Origin: an uncultured Bdellovibrio sp.
GTDB lineage: Bacteria > Bdellovibrionota > Bdellovibrionia > Bdellovibrionales > Bdellovibrionaceae
Length of the DNA: 64,000 nucleotides
Direction: 5' to 3'
Assembly: GCA_963932905.1 (NCBI GenBank)
Contig: CAWVRN010000027.1
Span: 55 to 64,054, forward strand
The notes under the pieces: model-generated
Databases searched by the model: none
Told to the model about the DNA's origin: nothing
What the model saw: only the letters and a program-made list of their open reading frames with translations
Shown: positions 35,800 to 45,155 of the stretch, piece by piece
Layout: each line of letters begins with the position of its first letter
Numbering within the stretch: position 1 is the stretch's first letter
Made by a program: the position numbers and the translations under genes

Positions 35800-35921
35800 G
35801 CCTTAAGTCTAAGCCTTGTTTCCTTTAAGTCAATATCACTAGCGCCATCCACCGATTCAAAAGACTTGAACTGCAATCATGCAAATTGACATTACAGAGA
35901 TTAAAAAGCACCCTAATTTAG

Positions 35922-36665
35922 ATGAATTATCCGTTTGATGGTGAACTATTTTTAAGTCAGAAAAAGCGATTCGAAGAAGTCGTTTTCTTCGTACATTTCT
36001 ACGAAGGATCTAAAACTCAAATGAAGCGTCATATTGATTTGGTTAACGAATTCGGATTCGATGCATTCGCATTTAATTTGCGAAGCAAGGGGGCGTTTCT
36101 AGTCAACCCCATCAGCCGCAAGAAGGTTCCGGGAATAAAACATATTTGGGCTGATCAAATTTCAGATTTACTTAATTTAATTCCACAAAAAAAAATCATA
36201 TTTAGCTTTTCAAATCCATCGGCCTCAGCGATTGAAGCAATGGCCGATCGAAACAACAACGACACAGTCGCCTTGATTTGCGATAGTGGTCCATCGAATC
36301 AATTTCTTGGATCTGCTTTTCAGTTGTTTCAACATTTAAAAAAAGATGGGCTACTGGCTAGCTTCACAAAAACAATCGTAACTCCACTGATCTGGAGCCC
36401 CTATTTACACAGCGATCTCCATCCACAACTAGATACATTTCCAAAAGGGTTTCGCCTTCTTTCTATTCGTGGATGGAAGGATCCATTGATTCCGCCTAAC
36501 CATATCGACGGCGTTTTTGAACCTCACGCAAATTTAGATTGGCGCAAGCTGAGCCTGCCGAAAGCGGGACACTTGACTGGCCTTAAAGATTTCCGTGACG
36601 AATATATTGCTGGTCTAAAACCATTCTTGGAAGAAGTCGCTACCCCGATTCAGAAATCAAAATAG
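35922..36665 (+). CDS. Hypothetical protein (possibly alpha/beta-hydrolase-like)
   Basis: 247 aa. No clear GxSxG nucleophile elbow was seen, so the fold call rests only on size and pattern. Confidence 0.35.
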   Translation: MNYPFDGELFLSQKKRFEEVVFFVHFYEGSKTQMKRHIDLVNEFGFDAFAFNLRSKGAFLVNPISRKKVPGIKHIWADQISDLLNLIPQKKIIFSFSNPSASAIEAMADRNNNDTVALICDSGPSNQFLGSAFQLFQHLKKDGLLASFTKTIVTPLIWSPYLHSDLHPQLDTFPKGFRLLSIRGWKDPLIPPNHIDGVFEPHANLDWRKLSLPKAGHLTGLKDFRDEYIAGLKPFLEEVATPIQKSK

Positions 36666-36669
36666 CGGA

Positions 36670-37371
36670 CTAAGCTTTGCGTTTTGCGACCAACAAACCT
36701 TCGCTAGTTCCAATAAAATAAGATGAGTAGTTTGGATTCTGAATTAAACTCTTATTGAATTCAATCATTCCCAGCGACTGCTTTTTCGAAAACGGCGTAT
36801 CGTCCAAACCCCAAACTGAACCACTTAAGAAAACATTATCTGCCAAAATCAGATACGATCCTTTCAAATGAGTTTCGATCCATTTTAAATAGTCAGGATA
36901 CGCCGATTTGTTGGCATCAATGAACGCACCACCGACGTCACTAGGTGGTTGCCAGTTGGCCAGGGCTTCTTTCGCATCTCCCCGCATAACGACTACTTTT
37001 TTTCCGCCAAGCTCAGGAACCAACGATGTGTTTTTGAATAAATTCGCTATGAAGTCAGCACAGTAGGGATCCTTTTCGAAACAAAATAAAGTGCCGCCCG
37101 TTTTCAATCCGCGCAATAGAAACAATGCCGAGTATCCCGTCAATGAGCCCAATTCCATGTAGGACGAACATCCAGCTTGTTTTACTTGTTCCGAAATTAC
37201 GTAAGCTTCACTTAACGATACAGAAATTCCTTCTTTATTCAGTTTGCGTGATTCCGCTCGCGCATGCTCGGCCAAAGCCAAGAACTCTGGACTTAAGTTA
37301 GATTGGTAAACTGAGTTCAGGTAATTAAATTTTCCGTATTCATATGAGTCTTTGTTTTCTTCGGATCGCAT
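36670..37371 (-). CDS. Class I SAM-dependent O-methyltransferase (family 3, caffeoyl-CoA OMT-like)
   Basis: ELGSLTGYSALFL (motif I) and FIDANKSAYPDY are typical of this family. I placed the start at the first ATG (MRSEEN); the track ORF begins at TTG 37413. Confidence 0.7.
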   Translation of the reverse strand: MRSEENKDSYEYGKFNYLNSVYQSNLSPEFLALAEHARAESRKLNKEGISVSLSEAYVISEQVKQAGCSSYMELGSLTGYSALFLLRGLKTGGTLFCFEKDPYCADFIANLFKNTSLVPELGGKKVVVMRGDAKEALANWQPPSDVGGAFIDANKSAYPDYLKWIETHLKGSYLILADNVFLSGSVWGLDDTPFSKKQSLGMIEFNKSLIQNPNYSSYFIGTSEGLLVAKRKA

Positions 37372-37452
37372 AAGACCTTTTAAATGACACGACTTTAGTT
37401 TATTGACCAGCAAATTCTAAAGGTTCAACTCTAAAAGACCGAAAAAACCCCT

Positions 37453-38355
37453 ATGGTACAAACTGGAAAAATTTGGATTTTTTACGATTCTAAAAATAAA
37501 AAACAAAGCAAGCCGTTGAATTTGACTCAAGCACAAGCGTTAATTTTAAACTTGGCTCAAAAGAAAAATTTCCAAGCCTATATTTGGACACCCGGTTGGG
37601 ATGAGTGGGTTGATCTGAAGTCATTTTTAGAAGTCGACCAAGATTACTTTGTTGTTCCCCCATCAATCAAGAAGAAGACTCTGGATAAAACATCTGTGAC
37701 AAAAACCCTAACTCGTTTTCGCGAATCACAGACCATGACGTCAACAGTAACTGATAATTTTGACAAAACTCTTTTGGTTCCGCTAGACCCAGATAACTTA
37801 GTGGTCAAAGAACCGAAACCTACATTCACTGAAGTTTCTAAAGATGCGTCTCCGAATGCTAAAGTAGACTATGGCTACTTCTATCCAGACTTCAGAGCTG
37901 AAAATATAGATTTGGATATTACACGCCTTAAAGGCCGCTTGAAATCGGCTCCAAAAGCGCCTACTGCGAGTTCTGAAAATGCAAAACTAGAATCCAGTGT
38001 TTCCGCCGATCGCCGTGAAAACATCCGTTATAACTTTGCCATCGAAGTTATTTTGATTACGAAAAAAGGTAAAACATTTAAATCGCAATCCGAAAATATT
38101 TCTGTTTCCGGGGTAAAATTAAAAGATTCTATTCCACAGGAATTTTTGATGACCGATTTTAGTGTCATCATCGCTAATAAATTAGAAAAAGATCCCAAAA
38201 AAGCTCGTATACATTTCAATTCAAAATGCGTTGGTGATGTCGCCGATTCAAAACGTTTAGTGTTTTTAAATCCGGACGTGAAAAGCCAAAAAGTTTTAGA
38301 AGAAATGATTAGTTCGTACATCCAACAAATTCAGAAAAAAGAAAAGGCTGGTTAG
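37453..38355 (+). CDS. GYF_2-like / PilZ-domain c-di-GMP-binding protein
   Basis: 300 aa. The N-terminal W..Y.....G....L......L.....WTPGWDEWV pattern is GYF_2-like. The C-terminal RRENIR ... NISVSG matches the PilZ RxxxR / (D/N)xSxxG motifs. Confidence 0.7.
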   Translation: MVQTGKIWIFYDSKNKKQSKPLNLTQAQALILNLAQKKNFQAYIWTPGWDEWVDLKSFLEVDQDYFVVPPSIKKKTLDKTSVTKTLTRFRESQTMTSTVTDNFDKTLLVPLDPDNLVVKEPKPTFTEVSKDASPNAKVDYGYFYPDFRAENIDLDITRLKGRLKSAPKAPTASSENAKLESSVSADRRENIRYNFAIEVILITKKGKTFKSQSENISVSGVKLKDSIPQEFLMTDFSVIIANKLEKDPKKARIHFNSKCVGDVADSKRLVFLNPDVKSQKVLEEMISSYIQQIQKKEKAG

Positions 38356-38364
38356 TCCAGCCTT
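38344..38364 (-). terminator. Hairpin terminator for the downstream-facing response regulator gene
   Basis: AAGGCTGG-ttagt-CCAGCCTT is a perfect 8 bp stem. On the minus strand it is followed by TTTCTTTTTT. It spans the PilZ gene's stop codon. Confidence 0.5.
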
Positions 38365-38392
38365 CCAATTTAAATACAATTCGAAACGCGAT

Positions 38393-38893
38393 CTATTCTT
38401 CCGCAGAAATTTTCAAAAGAGTCTTCACTGTTTTTTTCAATTTATCGATATCAAATGGCTTTTTAATATAGTCATGCGCACCCACAGCAAATGCACGTCT
38501 CATGTCTTCTTGTGAGGCTTGACCGGATACGAATACCAACGGGATCTTTTTAAGATCTTTAGTTTCTTTTAGAAGTTCTGCCAGTTCAAAACCGTTAATC
38601 CACGGCAAACCAATATCAAGCAGGATTAAATCGACCGGTGTATCATCTAGTACATCTGATAACTCATTCGCTTGCGCTGCCAATTTAACTAGGTAACCTT
38701 CGGATTCAAGAATACGCTTGATAGACGCGCGCATTGTTTCATCATCATCAATCACAAGAATTGTTTTCGGTTCTTCTTTTTTTCTAGTTTCGCGGAATTT
38801 ATCCAAAGGAACTACATCTTGCGAGGCAATTCGAGCTTTTGTTATCTTTTCAATCTTCGTGATTAAATCTTTGGTATTAATTTTTTTCGTCAT
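38393..38893 (-). CDS. Single-domain (CheY-like) response regulator with an N-terminal extension
   Basis: 166 aa. ILVIDDD...LLDIGLP...VSG...KP covers the REC hallmarks. About 40 extra N-terminal residues are present. Confidence 0.8.
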   Translation of the reverse strand: MTKKINTKDLITKIEKITKARIASQDVVPLDKFRETRKKEEPKTILVIDDDETMRASIKRILESEGYLVKLAAQANELSDVLDDTPVDLILLDIGLPWINGFELAELLKETKDLKKIPLVFVSGQASQEDMRRAFAVGAHDYIKKPFDIDKLKKTVKTLLKISAEE

Positions 38894-38926
38894 TATGCCT
38901 CTTGCAATGATATCCGTGTTAGCTTT

Positions 38927-39871
38927 TTATCCGTGCGCTGCTGCTTCTTGTGCTTCTAACCAACGTTCTGCATCGATAGATGCCATACAACCAGTTCCCG
39001 CCGCAGTAATTGCTTGGCGATACACTGGATCTTGAACGTCACCAGATGCAAACACACCCTCGATATTCGTGTACGTCGAACCTGGTTTAGTTTTTAAATA
39101 GCCAGTTTCATCCATATCTAAAATACCTTGGAATAAATCTGTGTTGGGTTTGTGTCCGATCGCAATAAACAAACCGTCCAAAGCCATCTGACGTTTTTGG
39201 TTTGTCTTTGTATCATTAACAATAACCGCATTCATTTTTTTTCCATCACCTAAAACTTCAGTGATTTCAGAATTCCAAACCACTTCGATTTTTGGATTTT
39301 TCATCGCACGTTCAACCATGATTTTTGAGGCACGGAACGAATCGCGGCGGTGGAAAATATAAACTTTGCTTGCAAAACGAGTTAGGAAGTTAGCTTCTTC
39401 CATTGCGGTGTCACCGCCACCAACAACACCCACGTTTACATTTCTAAAAAATGCACCGTCGCATGTGGCGCAGGCAGAAACCCCACGGCTCATGTATTGT
39501 TTTTCTGACGGTAAGCCTAAAAGTTTAGCTTTTGCCCCAGTGGAAATAATAATTGTTTTTGCTTGGTATTCTTGATCGCGAATCCAAACTTTGAATGGAC
39601 GTTTGCTAAAATCAACTTTAGTTACATTTTTCGTGATAAAGCGAGTTTCAAAACGTTTCGCTTGGTTACGCATAACCGCGATCAAATCGGGACCTGGTAA
39701 ACCGTGTTCAAAGCCAGGAAAGTTTTCAACATCTGTTGTGATCATCAACTGACCACCGGCTTCTTCGCCTTCGATCATTAAGGGTTTTAAATTTGCTCGG
39801 GCGGCATAGATAGCTGCCGTTAAACCAGCGGGACCTGAACCAATAATTATAACGTTTTCAACGTGGATCAT
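38927..39871 (-). CDS. trxB: Thioredoxin-disulfide reductase
   Basis: 314 aa. It has GSGPAG FAD-binding and GGGDTA NADPH-binding motifs and the CATCDG redox centre. Confidence 0.9.
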   Translation of the reverse strand: MIHVENVIIIGSGPAGLTAAIYAARANLKPLMIEGEEAGGQLMITTDVENFPGFEHGLPGPDLIAVMRNQAKRFETRFITKNVTKVDFSKRPFKVWIRDQEYQAKTIIISTGAKAKLLGLPSEKQYMSRGVSACATCDGAFFRNVNVGVVGGGDTAMEEANFLTRFASKVYIFHRRDSFRASKIMVERAMKNPKIEVVWNSEITEVLGDGKKMNAVIVNDTKTNQKRQMALDGLFIAIGHKPNTDLFQGILDMDETGYLKTKPGSTYTNIEGVFASGDVQDPVYRQAITAAGTGCMASIDAERWLEAQEAAAHG

Positions 39872-40084
39872 ACATTAACCTCTATAAAACTCTATTACCG
39901 ATTTTTACTCGATTCGAAGGGTAAATCCTACAACTATTTGCCTTCAAAGTTAATGACTAACTGCAAGAGTTGTCGAGCGTCCTGATCAGGCTTGTTTAGA
40001 CGCACAGTACATAGGGCAATAGTACAAAAGATAGGCAGGTCTCATATAGACCAATAGCAGGGACCTAAGCTACTATATCACAAT

Positions 40085-40390
40085 ATGACAATCTATTTTT
40101 CATCAGCAAAACCCCATCTGACTCCGATTGCGGTTTCTGCTGAGGATGCAAAAAATAAAAATTTGATGACGTTGCTACTAGAAGCCAATCGTCCGGTGGC
40201 ATCATCGTGTAAAGGCGATGGTATTTGTAGCAAATGTCGCATAACGATTCTTGAAGGACATTCACACCTAAGCGGCCAAACCGATCTGGAAGCTAAAACT
40301 AAGGTAAAAAATAAGGTAGATGAGCACGAACGTCTCAGCTGTCAGGCCCACCTGCTAGGTGATGTAGTTATAGATACCAGTTATTGGTGA
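40085..40390 (+). CDS. 2Fe-2S ferredoxin-like protein
   Basis: 101 aa. It has C-x5-C-x2-C (SCKGDGICSKC) plus a distal Cys (LSCQAHL). Confidence 0.6.
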   Translation: MTIYFSSAKPHLTPIAVSAEDAKNKNLMTLLLEANRPVASSCKGDGICSKCRITILEGHSHLSGQTDLEAKTKVKNKVDEHERLSCQAHLLGDVVIDTSYW

Positions 40391-40394
40391 ACGA

Positions 40395-41513
40395 CTAGTG
40401 CAAACCTAAATTAAATTCGGCATCATCACTAGGATATTGATTGTTTTTCAACTCCGCCTCACGTGCACGTGATTTCATCGGTTTAGTCAACAGCGAGGAT
40501 TCAAAATGTGTACGACTTTGATATCCCGTCTGTCGAACACCCGATTGTCCTTTGGGCATTAATGAGCTCATGAATACCAACACCGCATGGATCAGCTCTG
40601 GGAACATAGCGCCACCCAATATGTGCAACTTTCCAATGGGTGACAAAACCAATTCCGTGTCGCCAATCGAAGATGCTTTTAAAACTTTTTTAGCCACTGT
40701 CTTTGGTGCCATTGATAGAAACGGCATATTGTCAGCGAAATCAAACCATGCGAACTCTTTTTCATGATCACCTTTGAATACAGCTTGGATAGGTGACCCT
40801 GTTCGCATCAAACTCGGATAAACAGTGGTAACCAAAATATTGTCCTGATGTAATTCGACCGCTGACCCTTGTGAAAAGCCGGCTAAAGCAAACTTCGATG
40901 CGTTATATGGTAACATGTGCGGGACGGCACTCTTTCCACCCGCCGAACAAATATTAATAATGCGACCACCACCACGACGTTTGAAATAGGGTCTAACTAA
41001 ATCAGTGGCTTCAACTACAGCATACAAATGAAGTTTCATCTGCGCCTCAAAATCAGCGTGTGTCATAGATTCCAGAGGTCCTACGCTAATCGTACCCGCA
41101 TTATTAACAATGGCGTCCAAAACACCAAATACGTTGATAGATTCTTTCAATGCTGTGGCCAGTTCTGCTTTTTTAGTAACATCGCAAATGACCGTACACA
41201 CCTCGGCACCAGGATGTTCATTCAACAAAATTTCACGCGCACGAGCCAATTCTTCAAATTTCCTGGCGGCAATTGTGACTTTGGCTCCCTCTGATAAAAA
41301 TTCACGTGCTAGCGCCAAACCTAAACCACGCGACCCACCGGTGATAAAAACTGATTTACCTTCCCAATTGAAAGGTTTTGTTCCCGACGTTAAACTCAAT
41401 CCCGCTGAAAAGCCGGCCATCACAGCAGCGGTTTTTGGTCTTCGCGCCAATAAACACACCAAGGCACCTAGCCCTGAAACGATAGCTAATTCATTTTTTA
41501 ACGTTTTTCTCAT
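40395..41513 (-). CDS. SDR-family oxidoreductase with N-terminal membrane anchor and C-terminal extension
   Basis: 372 aa. It has the ITGGSRGLGLALA cofactor motif, NNAG and a YNASK catalytic motif. Confidence 0.8.
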   Translation of the reverse strand: MRKTLKNELAIVSGLGALVCLLARRPKTAAVMAGFSAGLSLTSGTKPFNWEGKSVFITGGSRGLGLALAREFLSEGAKVTIAARKFEELARAREILLNEHPGAEVCTVICDVTKKAELATALKESINVFGVLDAIVNNAGTISVGPLESMTHADFEAQMKLHLYAVVEATDLVRPYFKRRGGGRIINICSAGGKSAVPHMLPYNASKFALAGFSQGSAVELHQDNILVTTVYPSLMRTGSPIQAVFKGDHEKEFAWFDFADNMPFLSMAPKTVAKKVLKASSIGDTELVLSPIGKLHILGGAMFPELIHAVLVFMSSLMPKGQSGVRQTGYQSRTHFESSLLTKPMKSRAREAELKNNQYPSDDAEFNLGLH

Positions 41514-41555
41514 GAACTTTCCCCCTTTGAAAAACTCGTACTATTTTTTTAATGC

Positions 41556-42164
41556 CTACTTTTTTTCTTGAAAAATTTTTTCCTCAGGCAACCCCGTCTT
41601 TTCATTTTGTCCTTGAATTTTTAGCATGATGACTTTGCGAAACGGGGGCAGGAATGTAATTTCTGACTCTGCATAAATTTTGTCTAAAGTTAAAGCTGAA
41701 GCCAGCTTACTCTCACCCAAAGTATCAAACGAAGACTTCACAACACACGATTTTCCGTCTTTGCGTGAACTGACTTTGACATATGCATTTTCTAAAGTTC
41801 GATCCACTTTGGTCAGGTCTTTGACTAAGACGGTAAAATTATTTCGCTCCTGCGGAAATGTTGATGGAGTTTCAACCTGTAATCGTTTGCTAATTCCCCT
41901 TCGAATTAAAGGGTGTACTGGCTTATAATTTTTGCGATCCATCAACCAATAAAACCCAAACACAGGCACATTTGAATTTTCGGGATTCAATTCAAATAGA
42001 CAGTTGTCGTCTAAGCGTGTGTAGACCACTAAAATATTTTGCGGGTTTTCGCTTTTTTCTAACCTAAAAACTTCGTAATGTTGGCCAATTGGAACCAACG
42101 TTTTAACGCCGCTGGCAACGGATATATTAACTATGAGTAAAAGCAAAAAAGCGTAGGATTTCAT
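41556..42164 (-). CDS. Secreted hypothetical protein
   Basis: 202 aa with a signal peptide (MKSYAFLLLLIVNISVASG). Confidence 0.5.
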   Translation of the reverse strand: MKSYAFLLLLIVNISVASGVKTLVPIGQHYEVFRLEKSENPQNILVVYTRLDDNCLFELNPENSNVPVFGFYWLMDRKNYKPVHPLIRRGISKRLQVETPSTFPQERNNFTVLVKDLTKVDRTLENAYVKVSSRKDGKSCVVKSSFDTLGESKLASALTLDKIYAESEITFLPPFRKVIMLKIQGQNEKTGLPEEKIFQEKK

Positions 42165-42284
42165 GTCACCCGATAACTATGCAATTCCTATGACTGAAAC
42201 TGAATGCTCTAGAAGAATTTAGACGGTGTTTAAGGGGAAAAGTTTCCCCTTCCAAAGGAAAAACACCTCAAGTTGGCATGCTGC

Positions 42285-42896
42285 CTATTCGTGATACGTG
42301 TGATATTTCCAACTGCGATTTGATCTATCAAAAGATAGTTCGTATAAGCAACAGTTAGGAATGACGATGGCTTGCTCTGGCGAATTATCTGCCGCGTGAA
42401 CCAGACGCACTAAAGATCCACCATGAGTAGAAATAGCAACCCGCTTGAACTGAGGATTCGCAATTAATGCGGTCTCCAAGTATTCTTTTAAACGCTTCAA
42501 ATGTTGTACTTTTGTTTCCCCATTGGGAAAGCCCATCATTTGATGTTCCGGCTTGATAGAACGCCACTGAATAAGCATATCTTCGCCGTACTTTTCGATA
42601 ATTTGAACTTGCGATTGGCCCTCGACATCACCTAAATGCGTTTCACGCAAAGCAGCTGAATACAGAAATGGAACTGTGTGTTTTTCTAATGCAATTTTTG
42701 CCGTTTCAATCGCACGATCCAAATCGGAACACAAACAGGCGTCTAATTTAACTGCCGCCAATTTTTTTTGTAGGCTTTGAGCTTGGTCACGACCTTTTTG
42801 ATTCAATGGAATATTGGTGTGACCCTGGAATTTTTTATTCAAATTCCAATCTGTTTCACCATGTCTAAAAACCATAAGCTGAACGACATCACTCAT
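42285..42896 (-). CDS. Histidine phosphatase family protein (phosphoglycerate-mutase-like)
   Basis: 203 aa. It has the RHGETDWN catalytic motif and a later ISTHGG motif. Confidence 0.8.
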   Translation of the reverse strand: MSDVVQLMVFRHGETDWNLNKKFQGHTNIPLNQKGRDQAQSLQKKLAAVKLDACLCSDLDRAIETAKIALEKHTVPFLYSAALRETHLGDVEGQSQVQIIEKYGEDMLIQWRSIKPEHQMMGFPNGETKVQHLKRLKEYLETALIANPQFKRVAISTHGGSLVRLVHAADNSPEQAIVIPNCCLYELSFDRSNRSWKYHTYHE

Positions 42897-42899
42897 TGT

Positions 42900-43598
42900 C
42901 TACTCTTTTCGCAAAAGCACGTAATTGATTTTGATACCCTGATTTATAAATATCTTTTCGAATCCGGTAACAAAATTATCTGCTGCTTTCTCAGATTGAT
43001 GCAAATCAAAAGTTAAAAACTCAACTTTGTAACGACTTTGTTTGATTTCTTCCAATGCCCACTGGAAATAGACCAGGGAATCTGTCTTAAATTCTAAAAA
43101 CGAACCTGGCTTTTGCAGGTCATACAAAATTTCTAAATTTCTAAGCTGAACAAATCGATTCTTTGGCTTCTTTGGTGAAGTCCAAGGATCAGGAAAGTGC
43201 ACAAATACATTGTTTATTTCACCCTGCTCAAACATCAACGGGATATCAAATGCGTGATAACGACTGACCACTGCATTGGTTGCACCAGCAACTAAAGTAC
43301 GTCGGATGGTTTGAATTAGCGGTTTATATTTAATTTCGATTCCGACCAAGTTTCTTTCAGGGTGTTTTAAGGCGCGGTGTTTGAAAAAATACCCAGCTCC
43401 GGTTCCAACCTCAAGGTCAATTGGTAAATCAGGATTGGTAAAAACCTCGCGCCATTTACCTTTGTTCAACGGGGTACGTTCTTCGTTAAAGGCATATTTT
43501 CTAAACTCACCATCAAGAGCCAACGTGTATTGATTTGGTCTTGGCAAGTTTCTAGTCAGATTAATTCGGCTATTTTTTGGAGTGTCTAGTGTCTGCAT
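42900..43598 (-). CDS. trmB: tRNA (guanine-N7)-methyltransferase
   Basis: 232 aa. Motifs LEVGTGAGYF, VGIE and FPDPW are typical of TrmB. Confidence 0.85.
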   Translation of the reverse strand: MQTLDTPKNSRINLTRNLPRPNQYTLALDGEFRKYAFNEERTPLNKGKWREVFTNPDLPIDLEVGTGAGYFFKHRALKHPERNLVGIEIKYKPLIQTIRRTLVAGATNAVVSRYHAFDIPLMFEQGEINNVFVHFPDPWTSPKKPKNRFVQLRNLEILYDLQKPGSFLEFKTDSLVYFQWALEEIKQSRYKVEFLTFDLHQSEKAADNFVTGFEKIFINQGIKINYVLLRKE

Positions 43599-43794
43599 AA
43601 AGTGGTGGTTTTATATCACCAAAAAATAAAGAAATACATAGATTAAATACCCTATTTGACCTGTGATAAGGGGAATTGACATTTTTACAGGGAGGCCTGT
43701 CTGGAAAATGGTATATTGCCCGATCGCTACCCAATCGCGATGGCATTGACCACTTTTGAGGTCGGAACTATTTTCATCAAAGAAAATAAAAATC

Positions 43795-44793
43795 CTATGA
43801 GTATGACTCAGTAACTGATTTGATCATGTGATTGCTGTCAAAACTAAAACGTTTTTGGAAAGGTGACTGCCTAACTGGACAATCACTGACATCACAAGCG
43901 GTACAGTACTTTCTACCACATGGATCCAAATGAAATGCGAATTCTCCGTCGTAGGGATAATCAGTCACGACTCTTTTTTCAAAGTCGTGCGTTACTTTGT
44001 GAACTTTAGCTACATCCCAAAACTCAGGAACAATTAAATGAGCATCGATATGATGAAAACTGCCCGACCGAATCGATCGTAGATTATGAATATTGATAAT
44101 CCCAGGTCTAACATTTTCCTGAATCGCAACGGCCAACTCTTTCAAAGTTTCTTGGTCCATTTCATCCGTTAGCCCAGAAACAGATTTTCGCACAATCTTG
44201 TAACTTTCAACTAACAGATGCAAAGCAACCAGTGCCGACACAACCGAGTCAATCCACATCAACTGGGTGAATTTAACTAGCAACAACCCAGCTAAAACTC
44301 CCGCCGTAGTATAAACATCGCTCATCAAGTGAACAGAACTAGCGATCAGGGTTACCGATTTTTGTTTTTCGCCTACTTTCCGTAAGCCCAGAGCCATGAA
44401 CAAATTAATTAAAGAAGCGATAAAGATGAAAACCATCCCCGTTTCAATTTCCACTAAAGCCTGTTGTGATTTAAAAGCGCGGGCACTTTCGATCAAAATA
44501 GAAACACCGGCGAAAAATACCAGCCCCCCCTCAAAGGCGGCTGAAAAAAATTCTAATTTGCCATGACCATAGGGGTGATTTTCATCTGCAGGCATCGCCA
44601 CGAAAAGAATGACCGTCAATGCCGTAAACGCGGTTAACACATTCACTAAAGTTTCAAGGGCATCCCCAAAGATAGCTGTAGAGCCCGACACATAGTACCC
44701 CGCAAACTTCAATGCCAGCACGGCAAAGCTAACGGCGATATTTATCTTCGCTATTTTAATTTTTTCAATTTCAGCGGGGCTCTTTGAGTTCAT
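43795..44793 (-). CDS. Cation diffusion facilitator family transporter with a Cys-rich C-terminal tail
   Basis: 332 aa with six TM segments. It has HxxxD-type sites (HLMSDVY) and a cytoplasmic domain. The tail reads C-x4-C-x2-C-x4-C (CGRKYCTACDVSDC). Confidence 0.85.
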   Translation of the reverse strand: MNSKSPAEIEKIKIAKINIAVSFAVLALKFAGYYVSGSTAIFGDALETLVNVLTAFTALTVILFVAMPADENHPYGHGKLEFFSAAFEGGLVFFAGVSILIESARAFKSQQALVEIETGMVFIFIASLINLFMALGLRKVGEKQKSVTLIASSVHLMSDVYTTAGVLAGLLLVKFTQLMWIDSVVSALVALHLLVESYKIVRKSVSGLTDEMDQETLKELAVAIQENVRPGIINIHNLRSIRSGSFHHIDAHLIVPEFWDVAKVHKVTHDFEKRVVTDYPYDGEFAFHLDPCGRKYCTACDVSDCPVRQSPFQKRFSFDSNHMIKSVTESYS

Positions 44794-44839
44794 ACCTCAG
44801 AACTAACTTGCTTTCATTTAGTTTTCAATTAGAATTCCG

Positions 44840-45133
44840 CTATTTTTGTTCGTCCAAATAGGATTTCGATAACGCTTTACTTGTTTTTAGCAAACCAGGC
44901 GGAATCGTTTCAAAGCTCTTCTGCTTGCTACAGTACTTTTCCAGTATTTCATGATCTATTTCAGAAACAGCTAAGCCTTTTTCTTTATTTAAGAAAAAGG
45001 CTTTCGAGGCATTTAGCATGGCGTTAATCTGGGGATTTTCTGGCAGGTAACGAATATAAGGATCGCACGTCGATGAATCTTCAATACACCTCTCGGCACT
45101 CGCTTTGTAGGCCTCTGATAAGCAATGAGGCAT
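44840..45133 (-). CDS. Small hypothetical protein (shortened from the 174-aa track ORF)
   Basis: I placed the start at ATG 45133 (MPHCLSEAYK...), which avoids a 209-nt overlap with the GGDEF gene. There is no motif, so support is weak. Confidence 0.3.
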   Translation of the reverse strand: MPHCLSEAYKASAERCIEDSSTCDPYIRYLPENPQINAMLNASKAFFLNKEKGLAVSEIDHEILEKYCSKQKSFETIPPGLLKTSKALSKSYLDEQK

Positions 45134-45155
45134 AACGAGATTAAGCAAAAAAATT

